Positions 1 to 8,771 of a DNA stretch of 42,131 bases are shown one piece after another; position 1 is the stretch's first letter, and every line of letters starts with the position of its first letter. The stretch covers positions 1 to 42,131 of the IMG/VR virus record IMGVR_UViG_3300005805_009402; one strand, given 5' to 3'. Source of the stretch: a virus. Lineage: Duplodnaviria > Caudoviricetes. A program made the position numbers and the translations under genes. Below the pieces are notes generated by a model. The model was not told where the DNA came from and did not search any database. It was given only the letters and a program-made list of their open reading frames with translations.

Positions 1-2
1 AC

Positions 3-935
3 AGAACATATAGATCTGAAATAACAGAAAGTTGCGGTGATAACAATAATAGCTTGTGTTCCTTGGATAATGCACCATCTCAACCAGCACTACCAACAGG
101 AAGACCTAGCCAGTGCTGTCCTAATGTTATGACATACTCTTCTGAGTATGACTGCACAACATTAACTTGGTCAGAGCCACAAAAAATTGCTGTAGGTTCT
201 GCTTACGAACCCAACCCAACAAACACAGGATCGTGGCAGGATGTAAATGGCGGTGCAATAAAGAGTTGTTCTGCGTTATATAGAAGAAATACAGACGTTG
301 AACCAACTCCGCCAAATGCACCAACAGTATGGCCAACAGAATGCTGTGCCATTCCGTTAGTAGGCGGATTAAGTGATAGTGGTACGGCTGGATGTTGTAG
401 TTATCCTACAGATTTACCTCCTTGTTCTAATGGGGCGGCCAGATATTGTGGCGAGTGTCCAACTTCTTTGTCTCCACTTACTTGGCCTACTTCCGCCGGT
501 GCAGATGGTTGTAGGTGCTCTCCCAATTCTATGGGAAGTGCTTCAACCGATACATTAAAAATAGCACCATTAACTGCTCAAAGAGTATGTGGGGTAAATA
601 GCGGAGGATCAAACACTGTAACTCTGTTCGGCAACACAGGCCAGATGAAAGATAGAATTAGCGTAAAGGTGAATGATACAGAAGCTGGAGGTACTCACAC
701 CGGCACAACCACCGTCAATATAGAGCCTGGTGATCGTGAAATAGAATTTTTCTTAGAACTATGTTATACACAAACAGGCGGCTGGGTCAATCCATTAAGT
801 AGTCAAGGAACAGATTACAGCGTGTCTGCTGACTGGGATTTGCTGGTGTATGCCGACACTCCAGTTATAGGAAGCAATTCACCGGTCAATAATCTTCCAG
901 AAGATACTATTATAGATATAATATTTTGTGATTAA
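3..935 (+). CDS. Cysteine/proline/threonine-rich protein, 5'-truncated (probable virion-associated protein)
   Basis: Frame is open from position 3 (RTYRSEITESCGDNNNSLCSLD...), so the TTG at 54 is internal. Many CC/CxC pairs. Directly upstream of the fibre-like gene. Confidence 0.75.
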   Translation, partial: RTYRSEITESCGDNNNSLCSLDNAPSQPALPTGRPSQCCPNVMTYSSEYDCTTLTWSEPQKIAVGSAYEPNPTNTGSWQDVNGGAIKSCSALYRRNTDVEPTPPNAPTVWPTECCAIPLVGGLSDSGTAGCCSYPTDLPPCSNGAARYCGECPTSLSPLTWPTSAGADGCRCSPNSMGSASTDTLKIAPLTAQRVCGVNSGGSNTVTLFGNTGQMKDRISVKVNDTEAGGTHTGTTTVNIEPGDREIEFFLELCYTQTGGWVNPLSSQGTDYSVSADWDLLVYADTPVIGSNSPVNNLPEDTIIDIIFCD

Positions 936-954
936 TTAAAAGGAAATATAAAAT

Positions 955-3900
955 ATGTCAACACTTTCGGGAAATAGAGTAATACCAAGATCAATAACTA
1001 ATACAGGCACTGGAAATAAAACCATAGGCCTAAATTTATTTATAAATATTAATTGTCCAGTTAACAACAATGGATATCTTACTCTTTCTGGAATACTTTC
1101 TGGTGGTCGTGCTTTAACCTTTTTTGGAAATGGGACAACCGAGCTAACAAACAGCAATAACACTTATGATGGCAAAATCCAGCTTAGAAGCGGAACATTA
1201 AAAATAAGCGGAAATTCAAAAATACTTACCAGAGGTGCAGGATCAAATAACTCGCATATGATTAATGGAATATTAGAACATTCTAGCTCAGAAGATTTGA
1301 TATTCAATAATCCTATAGACGGGCCTCAGTTTTTATTTAACATAACAGCTAATCCTAATGCTAAAATTATAAGCAATGGACCAGGAAAAATTCATTTTAG
1401 AAATCCTTATGCAGACAATTCGTTTAATGGAACCATAGAAATAAATTCAGGAGGATATGTCAAAGTAGGAAACAATGACACCATAGCAAATGCTGGTAAA
1501 GGAAACGGAACTGGTTCCATAGCTTGGACACAAGCAATAACCATTAGCAGTGGCGGAACTCTTGAATTCGACAGAAATCCATCGTCAAGTTCTATAGACG
1601 TATTTGCTGTCATTAGCGGCTCTGGTCCTGTGATTGTTACAAGATCAAGCACTATAAACTTTTGGGGAATAAATAGCAGTCACAATGGATCTTTCACAAT
1701 TCAGTCTGGTAAAGTCAATATGAACCGGCAGTCCAGCCATCAGTTTGTGAATAACGGCACTTTAACTCTGACAATGTCCGACCCCAGCTACTGGCAGAAC
1801 ACTGGTCTTTTTGTTTTTTCTAGAACAGCCAATGGAGTATCCACAACATATACTTATCTTACAGATTATACCATTGGAACATCATCAAACGGATTTGTTA
1901 ATAATGTTCAAATTCAAGCGGCAGGACTTGGGAATGACATGACCGAGTTCTCTGGATTTGTCGCCGGGCGAATAGCACTAGTACAACGCGGAGTACAGCC
2001 TTTCCAAACAAAAGTAAATAACGCCATTGCCGCCGGGGCCGTTGGCGTGATCATGTACAACAACACAACTGGACTGACCACCCCGACTTTAACAGCAAAT
2101 ATTCCTGTGGTTATGGTCACCCAGGCTTTGGGCCAACAATTGATATCCGAAATGAACGCCGGAACAGTAACGGCAAGTATCAATACCGGATTGCCTTTCG
2201 GTGTAAGTTCAACTCCTTTGTTTAACAATAGCGTGTCTGGAACTGGCGTTTTGTCAAAGGCCGGATCAGGGACTATAGTTATTGGACCTAATGTAAATCA
2301 TTCTGGTTCGACCAACATCACTGCCGGGGCTTTGAGAATTGATGGGTCCGACAGGTTGCCAAACTCTTCGGTTTCAGTATCTTCCGGGGCTGCGTTTGAA
2401 ATCCTTGGAGGATCGACATTCTCAAGAAATATATCTATAAATGGCACCGGCATCAGCAGCGGTGGAGCTATAAGAAATATATCAGGAAACAACACACTTA
2501 ACGGAAATTACACACTAACTGCCGCATCAAGAATCAATTCGGACGCTGACGAGTTAGTATTAAACGGCACAGTTGGGACCGGTGCCACTGGTCTTACAGT
2601 TGGCGGCTCTGGCAACATCACATTAAATGGATTTTTGGTCACAATCACGGGCTTGACCAAGGACGGTGCTGGCAGGCTCGTTATAAACGGAAACAACACA
2701 TTCAATGGCACAACCACATTGTCCGCAGGCGTCTTGAGAGTTGGACACGCTAGTGCATTGGGAGTGGCTACATCAACAGTTTCGATCCCAGCGAGCACTG
2801 CCATCGAGGTAATTAATGGCATATCATTCGCCAGAAATCTTTCTTCGGCCGGAACAGGCGTGAGTAGTGCTGGTTCTTTGAGAAGCATTTCCGGCAACAA
2901 TACTTTTTCCGGAAATTACACACTAACAGCAGCATCAAGAATCAATTCGGACGCCGATACATTGACGCTCAGTAGTGCTGGAACATTGACTGGAACATTC
3001 GGATTAACATTCGGCGGAGCAGGAAACATCAATATTAATCGTGCAATCGCAACCAGCACGGGAGCCGTAACAAAGGACGGAACTGGCACCGCGACTTTCT
3101 TGGCGACAAACACCTATTCCGGCACCACAACAATTTCCGCAGGAACGCTCCAAATAGGAAGCAACGGCACGGCGGGAACCCTTGGCACTGGAAATGTTGT
3201 CAACAACGCCACATTAATCTTCAACCGTAGCAACAATAACACTATCAGCAATGTTATTTCAGGAACCGGTTCATTTGTTCACAACGGGTCTGGCACAACA
3301 ACGCTGTCGGGCAACAACACATACTCAGGTGGTACAACGATAAATGGTGGCACTCTCGTTGCTGGAAGCAACACATGCTTCGGAACCGGCCCGATAACTG
3401 TTAATGCCGGAGCAACCTTGGACACGGCTGGCAGAACGCTGTCTAACACCATTGTGAACAACGGAGGAACAGTAATAAGTGTTGTTCCTTGGACTCCCTC
3501 CCAACTAGGTTCAAATTTGGCCGTCTGGCTAGACGCGGACGATTCCAGCACGATTACATTGAACGGCTCGACGGTGAGCCAGTGGCGAGACAAGAGCGTT
3601 AATGCTCGTCACTTGTCGCAGGCTAACGCCGCGAATCAGCCGACGCGGACGCTGAATGCGTTGAACGGCGGAACGGCGTTGACATTCAGCGGAAATCAGT
3701 GGTTGTTTAACCTAGCGGTTTCCGGTCTTCTCCGCAATGTTGCTGGCGGGTCACTGACGGTTGTTACGAATTATACAAACGCGATTCAGCAACGCTTCGC
3801 GGCTTCGGTGTTGAACTCTCTCAGCACATCAAGAGCGGCTGTGTTTTTGCAACCTACTTCTTTGCTGGCCGGAGGCGGAAGGAGAGTTGACTCAGACGCC

Positions 3901-4269
3901 TTTACGGCAGCCTTATCAGCAACGGCGTACACCAACGGCACAAGCGTTATTCAAAGTATGTCCCTTAATTTTGCGGCAAATATAAATTCTCAATTCGTAA
4001 ACGGCAGTGCAGCGGGGACAAGCACATTCTCTGGCGGCGGCAATTCTAGTGATACCGCCGCCCTTTCCCTTGCAGTGGGATGCTCAACTGCTGACGGAAT
4101 AAGTGCTGGAAACCTCATGGCTGGCCTTGTCTCAGAAGTTGTGCTAACGCATGGCGACCCCACCACTCTCGACCGCCAGCGGATAGAGGGCTATTTGGCC
4201 CACAAATGGGGATTGACGACCAACCTACCAACGGATCATCCGTTTAAGAATTCAAAGCCAACGATATAA
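955..4269 (+). CDS. Large fibre/adhesin-like protein: autotransporter-associated beta-strand repeats, inserted PA domain, C-terminal LamG/ConA-like domain
   Basis: Repeats of type LTKDGAGRLVINGNNTFNGTTTLSAGVL. PA motif GRIALVQRG..F.TKV.NA.AAGAVGVIMYNN. C-terminal WTPSQL..LAVWLDADD...WRDKS...RQRIEGYLAHKWG. AAGGA RBS upstream. Confidence 0.85.
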   Translation: MSTLSGNRVIPRSITNTGTGNKTIGLNLFININCPVNNNGYLTLSGILSGGRALTFFGNGTTELTNSNNTYDGKIQLRSGTLKISGNSKILTRGAGSNNSHMINGILEHSSSEDLIFNNPIDGPQFLFNITANPNAKIISNGPGKIHFRNPYADNSFNGTIEINSGGYVKVGNNDTIANAGKGNGTGSIAWTQAITISSGGTLEFDRNPSSSSIDVFAVISGSGPVIVTRSSTINFWGINSSHNGSFTIQSGKVNMNRQSSHQFVNNGTLTLTMSDPSYWQNTGLFVFSRTANGVSTTYTYLTDYTIGTSSNGFVNNVQIQAAGLGNDMTEFSGFVAGRIALVQRGVQPFQTKVNNAIAAGAVGVIMYNNTTGLTTPTLTANIPVVMVTQALGQQLISEMNAGTVTASINTGLPFGVSSTPLFNNSVSGTGVLSKAGSGTIVIGPNVNHSGSTNITAGALRIDGSDRLPNSSVSVSSGAAFEILGGSTFSRNISINGTGISSGGAIRNISGNNTLNGNYTLTAASRINSDADELVLNGTVGTGATGLTVGGSGNITLNGFLVTITGLTKDGAGRLVINGNNTFNGTTTLSAGVLRVGHASALGVATSTVSIPASTAIEVINGISFARNLSSAGTGVSSAGSLRSISGNNTFSGNYTLTAASRINSDADTLTLSSAGTLTGTFGLTFGGAGNININRAIATSTGAVTKDGTGTATFLATNTYSGTTTISAGTLQIGSNGTAGTLGTGNVVNNATLIFNRSNNNTISNVISGTGSFVHNGSGTTTLSGNNTYSGGTTINGGTLVAGSNTCFGTGPITVNAGATLDTAGRTLSNTIVNNGGTVISVVPWTPSQLGSNLAVWLDADDSSTITLNGSTVSQWRDKSVNARHLSQANAANQPTRTLNALNGGTALTFSGNQWLFNLAVSGLLRNVAGGSLTVVTNYTNAIQQRFAASVLNSLSTSRAAVFLQPTSLLAGGGRRVDSDAFTAALSATAYTNGTSVIQSMSLNFAANINSQFVNGSAAGTSTFSGGGNSSDTAALSLAVGCSTADGISAGNLMAGLVSEVVLTHGDPTTLDRQRIEGYLAHKWGLTTNLPTDHPFKNSKPTI
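2503..2957 (+). repeat. Internal duplication in the fibre gene (about 47-nt near-identical core at 2503 and 2911, 408-nt period)
   Basis: ggaaattacacactaac.gc.gcatcaagaatcaattcggacgc.ga occurs twice; both encode GNYTLTAASRINSDAD. Confidence 0.85.
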
Positions 4270-4282
4270 AGGAGACAATTAA

Positions 4283-4504
4283 ATGAATTTAGTTAAAGAA
4301 ATAAGAACTTCCATGCTAGTCATAGAAATCTATTCGTTAAATCCGAATCTAATAGTTAATGATGATCCCTCTTTATTTGAGGGAAAAGAAGACATTGCAA
4401 TAAGAGACATAGTTTTTAATCAAATGGGAGCAGAAGAAGTTAGAATATATGATTTGTCATATGATGGAATTATATCAAATTTAAGATCTCATTCTTTAGT
4501 GTAA
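4283..4504 (+). CDS. Small hypothetical protein following the fibre gene
   Basis: 73-aa ORF with AAGGAG RBS. Confidence 0.7.
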   Translation: MNLVKEIRTSMLVIEIYSLNPNLIVNDDPSLFEGKEDIAIRDIVFNQMGAEEVRIYDLSYDGIISNLRSHSLV

Positions 4505-4954
4505 TTGACTTTTTCTTATAATTTTCTCAAACTTTTCAAATAATATAGAAACAAATAATAATCCTAAGGTAACAATTATAGGCATTAATGCTGCTCCTAG
4601 GCCACATAAAATTCCTATTGCAGCCATAACCCATATAAAAGCCGCTGTTGTTACTCCTATTATTTTGTCTTCATTTTTAACTATAACTCCTCCGCCCAAG
4701 AAACCAATGCCTGTAACTATGGTAGATATTATTCTTCCTGGGTCTGAGGTTTCTCCTTCAGACAAAAGAATTGCGGAGGCCGTAAATATTGTGCTTCCTA
4801 CACAAATCAAGACTATGGTTCTCAAACCAGCAACTTTATTTTTTCTTTCTCTTTCGAAGCCAACTATTAAACCACATATAGTGGCGACTATTATTTTAGG
4901 AATAATAAAAGCAATTAGCTCTACTTCTTTTTCTAAACCTATAAATTGAAACAT
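4496..4954 (-). CDS. mgtC: MgtC/SapB family membrane protein (TM domain only)
   Basis: GFERE...AGLRT, DPGRI...IVTGIGFLGGG, GVTTAA.IW..AAIG...G motifs. Confidence 0.92.
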   Translation of the reverse strand: MFQFIGLEKEVELIAFIIPKIIVATICGLIVGFERERKNKVAGLRTIVLICVGSTIFTASAILLSEGETSDPGRIISTIVTGIGFLGGGVIVKNEDKIIGVTTAAFIWVMAAIGILCGLGAALMPIIVTLGLLFVSILFEKFEKIIRKSQLH

Positions 4955-4971
4955 AACTATTTATATATAGT

Positions 4972-5289
4972 TTATATTGATTTATTTGGAACAAAATAAG
5001 GTTCACCTTTTGCATCTAACGACGAGATCAATATTTTGCCTTCAATAAAATTTTTAAGCAACAAAGATCCCACTTTAACTTGAGTGCACCAATTAACAAT
5101 GTTTAAGCAATCATCTTCATTTTTAATGCCCTGAGTTATGCAGGCCATTAATATTTGATCTAATTCTTTTTTAGATAAAGCATTATATTTATTTTCATCT
5201 TTATTCCAAAATAAGTCATCTGCAGCAATTAAATTGTTTATGATATATTTGTAACTATTTTTTTTGTTTTCTTCAAATTCTTGGTGCAT
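4972..5289 (-). CDS. Hypothetical protein
   Basis: 105-aa ORF with a sigma70-like promoter directly upstream. Confidence 0.7.
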   Translation of the reverse strand: MHQEFEENKKNSYKYIINNLIAADDLFWNKDENKYNALSKKELDQILMACITQGIKNEDDCLNIVNWCTQVKVGSLLLKNFIEGKILISSLDAKGEPYFVPNKSI

Positions 5290-5295
5290 TAAATT

Positions 5296-5323
5296 ATTAT
5301 AACAAATATTTCTTTCATTTCAA
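5296..5323 (-). promoter_or_regulatory. sigma70-like promoter TTGAAA-16-TATAAT with extended TG
   Basis: Minus strand reads ttgaaa tgaaagaaatatttgt tataat, 6 nt before the ATG at 5289. Confidence 0.6.
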
Positions 5324-5478
5324 TTGTTTGATTTTTTGGGGTCTGTATTGGTGTTTTCTTTTAATCCTTTTGGAATGTAAGGGCAGTTTAAACAAAAATT
5401 TCCACAACAATAGCCTCTTTTTAAATGATAATCTTTAGTAAATATTATTTTACCATCTTTTACATAATAATCTTGCAC
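5320..5478 (-). CDS. Small Cys-cluster protein (DUF5522-like), not in the ORF track
   Basis: Manual translation MQDYYVKDGKIIFTKDYHLKRGYCCGNFCLNCPYIPK... (52 aa). GTG start with AAGGAG RBS. Confidence 0.8.
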   Translation of the reverse strand: MQDYYVKDGKIIFTKDYHLKRGYCCGNFCLNCPYIPKGLKENTNTDPKKSNN

Positions 5479-5649
5479 TTATTCTCCTTGCTTATACAAA
5501 TCATTTTTTATGCCGTCATAAGAATCATAAAATTGTTTTTTTTCATTGTCAAAATCAAAATCATTTTTATTTAATGGTTCCAATTTATATTTTTTTACTT
5601 CTTTGGCTGGCGGAGAGTCAGTAAGCTTAATTTTTTTTACTTCTTTCAT
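5479..5649 (-). CDS. Small hypothetical protein (56 aa), not in the ORF track
   Basis: MKEVKKIKLTDSPPAKEVKKYKLEP... with GGAGG RBS; its stop abuts the next start. Confidence 0.65.
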   Translation of the reverse strand: MKEVKKIKLTDSPPAKEVKKYKLEPLNKNDFDFDNEKKQFYDSYDGIKNDLYKQGE

Positions 5650-5681
5650 AAAACCTCCAATTTAAATTATATATATTACAA

Positions 5682-5870
5682 ATGGATAAAGAAATTAACA
5701 AAATGTTAATATCTATTATTAATGCTTCTGTAGAAGCTAATATACAAAGTATTTATGAAAAAATCAATGAAATAAATTTAAAATTAAATAGAATAACAAA
5801 TAAATTTGAATATTTAATAGAATTACTAAACGAAGCAGGGGAAGAAGAAGAAAAAGAAGATGATTATTAA
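5682..5870 (+). CDS. Hypothetical coiled-coil protein with acidic tail
   Basis: 62-aa ORF preceded by TATATATA. Confidence 0.65.
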   Translation: MDKEINKMLISIINASVEANIQSIYEKINEINLKLNRITNKFEYLIELLNEAGEEEEKEDDY

Positions 5871-5891
5871 TTTTAAAGCATATATATATTT

Positions 5892-6290
5892 ATGAAAAAA
5901 TTTAGTGAATATGCATTATCAAAAGACAATGATCTAGCGAAAAAAGATATCCATAAAATTATAAGCTATAGTGAGAAAATACAAAGTTTAATAAAAGATA
6001 AAAAAATAGAGGACTGGGCGAAAGCAAAACTTAACCATGCAGAAGATTATATAAGCAAAGTTTTAGACTTCTTATCTTTTTATGACCCAGAAGAAAATAA
6101 AAATAAAATGTCAATAGGAAATTTAAAAAACATAAACTATAAATCTAAAAAAATTCAAACATTATTAGATAAAAAAGAATTAAAAGATTGGGTAAAAGCT
6201 AAACTAAATTTAGCAGGAGAATATTTAGACGATGTGTACCACCATCTAGATGCAGATAATAATCCAGGAGATGCCAACAAAGATGATTAG
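5892..6290 (+). CDS. Hypothetical protein with two internal repeats (DWxKAKLNxAxxY); possible head internal protein
   Basis: KIQSLI..K.IEDWAKAKLNHAEDY and KIQTLL..KELKDWVKAKLNLAGEY; N-terminus MKKFSEY. Confidence 0.75.
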   Translation: MKKFSEYALSKDNDLAKKDIHKIISYSEKIQSLIKDKKIEDWAKAKLNHAEDYISKVLDFLSFYDPEENKNKMSIGNLKNINYKSKKIQTLLDKKELKDWVKAKLNLAGEYLDDVYHHLDADNNPGDANKDD

Positions 6291-6297
6291 GTGAATT

Positions 6298-7074
6298 ATG
6301 GCAAAAATTTTATTTATTTTGTTATTTTTTTGCTCAGTTTCATACGCAGGAACAATTCATCCATCTAAACAAGATAAAGAATATTGTGAATACGGAAAAT
6401 TATACAAGCATGTAGTAGAGCTAAATTGTAGGAAAAAATCAGAAAAGCAACTATACTCAGCCTCTGCAGTTATAATAAATTCTAATTGGGCTTTAACTGC
6501 AGCACATATTGTTAAAGACATGGATGTGGCAATCATAGTAAAAGAAAAAGTAGAATATAATTCAGATAAAATTATATGGCATAAAGATTTTAAAGAAGAA
6601 ATATTTGGAAACAATGATATAGCACTGCTATATTCAGAAAAAAATTTCAATATGGATTCTTATCCAGAATTATATGAGGAAAGCAATGAGGTGGGAGAAA
6701 TAGCATCTATATCAGGATATGGCATAACTGGTAATTTCAATACTGGCTCGGTGCAATACGATGGAATAAGAAGAGCAGGAACAAACAAAATAGAAAGAAT
6801 AGAAGAAAATATATTGGTGTGCACCGCCTCTAGGTCAGATATAACAAAATTAGAATTTTTGACTGCTAGTGGTGATAGCGGCGGAGGATTATTTATAAAT
6901 GGAAAATTAGCTGGAATTAATTCTATTATATTTTCTGATAATGGGACAAAAAACAGATCAATATATGGCAATTGTAGTGGACACACAAGGATAAGCAAAT
7001 ATATTGATTGGATAAAAAACAAAATAAAAAATGAAAGCAACAATGAAGTCAAAATACAGCCAGTTTCAAAATAA
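6298..7074 (+). CDS. Trypsin-like (S1) serine protease with N-terminal signal peptide
   Basis: LTAAH, NDIALL and GDSGGG catalytic triad motifs; hydrophobic N-terminus ending VSYA. Confidence 0.92.
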   Translation: MAKILFILLFFCSVSYAGTIHPSKQDKEYCEYGKLYKHVVELNCRKKSEKQLYSASAVIINSNWALTAAHIVKDMDVAIIVKEKVEYNSDKIIWHKDFKEEIFGNNDIALLYSEKNFNMDSYPELYEESNEVGEIASISGYGITGNFNTGSVQYDGIRRAGTNKIERIEENILVCTASRSDITKLEFLTASGDSGGGLFINGKLAGINSIIFSDNGTKNRSIYGNCSGHTRISKYIDWIKNKIKNESNNEVKIQPVSK

Positions 7075-7720
7075 ATTTTTTATAAATGTTCCAGTATTAC
7101 TAAACAAAGACATTGAATACTTAGAAAGTTATGTTTATGCGTATATTTCTAAAAGAGCAGTAGGATCAAAAGTTCTATCTATAAATTTGCAAATAAATAA
7201 AAACAAAATAAATAAAATTTTAGAAAATTTAAAAAAATATGATTTAATATTTGAAAAAAATAAAAGATTTTATATAAACAAAAAAGTCGAAGAAAAATTT
7301 TTTATGTTTTGTAATAATAGTTTAATTTATGATATTACATTTTTGCCTAACTTAAAATATTTAAACTTTCAACAAAATGCTTTATATTGGAAGCTTTACA
7401 AATACTCAGATCCAGTTAGAGGACTAGATAATTGTTTAACTATTAGTTCAAAAATGAATATAGAGAAAATAAGTGATAACTATTTAATGGAAAAATTAAG
7501 TTTCTCTAAAAATAGGCTAAATGAATCTATAAAAGTTCTAAAAAAATTAAAATTAATTAAAACAAAAAGATCTGGTGATGGTTTTTATTTCGGCATTCAA
7601 CCTATAACACAAGATACAAAAGTATTTTGGAGAGATGATGATTTATTATTAAAAAATAAGTCATTTGTTCAACAAGATATATTAAATCTTTATAATATTA
7701 GCTTTTTATTCAAGTTTTAA
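7031..7720 (+). CDS. Hypothetical basic protein, possibly with tandem winged-HTH-like segments
   Basis: 229-aa ORF; KINKILENLKKYDLI and RLNESIKVLKKLKLI patterns. Start may be at 7043. Confidence 0.6.
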   Translation: MKATMKSKYSQFQNKFFINVPVLLNKDIEYLESYVYAYISKRAVGSKVLSINLQINKNKINKILENLKKYDLIFEKNKRFYINKKVEEKFFMFCNNSLIYDITFLPNLKYLNFQQNALYWKLYKYSDPVRGLDNCLTISSKMNIEKISDNYLMEKLSFSKNRLNESIKVLKKLKLIKTKRSGDGFYFGIQPITQDTKVFWRDDDLLLKNKSFVQQDILNLYNISFLFKF

Positions 7721-7723
7721 AAT

Positions 7724-8620
7724 TTATTTTTTATAGCCAAGATAATCTTCAAGTTTTACAGAAGGCTCCCAACCTAAAACTTTTCTTATTTTTTCGTTAT
7801 TTGCAAGTGTCTCTCTCATCTCTCCGAGTCTAGGTTCTATAAAAATATAATTATCAGAAATCATTTTGGCAATCTCTAAAATAGAATGATTAACTCCTGT
7901 TCCTACATTAAAGACTGTTCCGTAGAATTCTTCTTTTATTTCTTTGGTAGCAGACAATATATTAGCTTGAACAACATCTTTAACATTAGTAAAATCTCTT
8001 TTTTGTAGGCCATCTCCTACTATAGTTAATGATTCTCCGTTATTCTTTTGCCTTTTGAAAATTCCTATAACAGGAGCGTATTGTCCTTTAATTGGTTCTC
8101 TATTTCCATATACATTAAAGTATCTCAAGATTATTGTTTTTAGCCCAAAAAGTTTTGTGTACATAGAACATAGTTTTTCTGCACCCACCTTAGAAACGGA
8201 ATATGGGTTTAAGCAATCGTCAGGTTGGTTTTCTAAATTAGGCACAGAGTTAAATCCGTAGCCAGATGAGGTAGAAGAATAAATAACTCTTTTAATTCCA
8301 TTTTCTCTTGATGCTTGTAACACGCTTGCAGTGCCTAATATGTTTGACCTAACTGCTTTTAAAGGATTTTTTATAGAAGGTTGAATTCTTGCTTCGGCTG
8401 CTAGATGAAATACGCATTCTATGTCTTTAAAACAAGAAATTATTTTTTCGTAATCGCATATATCTAACTTATAGTTTTTAGATTGTTTGTTCCAATAAAA
8501 TGTCTCATTAGCATCAGAACTTTCATTATCAATACAAGTTACTTCATGACCTAATTCTAAAAGCTTGTCAACAAGATTAGAGCCAATAAAACCAGCACCA
8601 CCAGTCACTAAACACTTCAT
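7724..8620 (-). CDS. NAD-dependent nucleotide-sugar epimerase/dehydratase (UDP-glucose 4-epimerase-like SDR)
   Basis: TGGAGFIG, HLAA, YSSTSS, PYSVSK (YxxxK), RYFNVYG, RDFT..D. Confidence 0.95.
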   Translation of the reverse strand: MKCLVTGGAGFIGSNLVDKLLELGHEVTCIDNESSDANETFYWNKQSKNYKLDICDYEKIISCFKDIECVFHLAAEARIQPSIKNPLKAVRSNILGTASVLQASRENGIKRVIYSSTSSGYGFNSVPNLENQPDDCLNPYSVSKVGAEKLCSMYTKLFGLKTIILRYFNVYGNREPIKGQYAPVIGIFKRQKNNGESLTIVGDGLQKRDFTNVKDVVQANILSATKEIKEEFYGTVFNVGTGVNHSILEIAKMISDNYIFIEPRLGEMRETLANNEKIRKVLGWEPSVKLEDYLGYKK

Positions 8621-8698
8621 AATTTTTCCTCAAATTTGTTTATAATATAATTTAATTTGGCTTAATTTATTGTAAATATTAAATAAATTAATTTATAA

Positions 8699-8726
8699 AA
8701 AAGATAAAAGTGGGCCTCCTTGCCCA
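8699..8726 (-). terminator. Putative intrinsic terminator (GC hairpin followed by a U-rich tail)
   Basis: Minus strand tgggc-aaggag-gccca followed by cttttatcttttt. Confidence 0.45.
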
Positions 8727-8771
8727 ACCCCCATCCTTGTATAATTATTTATGCATCTGCTGGAAAATAAT

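Noticed and set aside
2503-2957. Repeat pair as a diversity-generating retroelement TR/VR
   Set aside because: Both copies are in frame within one gene, differences are synonymous and not restricted to adenines, and no reverse transcriptase is in the window.
1407-3593. Multiple antisense ORFs within the fibre gene, and similar shadow ORFs elsewhere
   Set aside because: They are mirror frames of well-supported genes with no motifs or RBS of their own.
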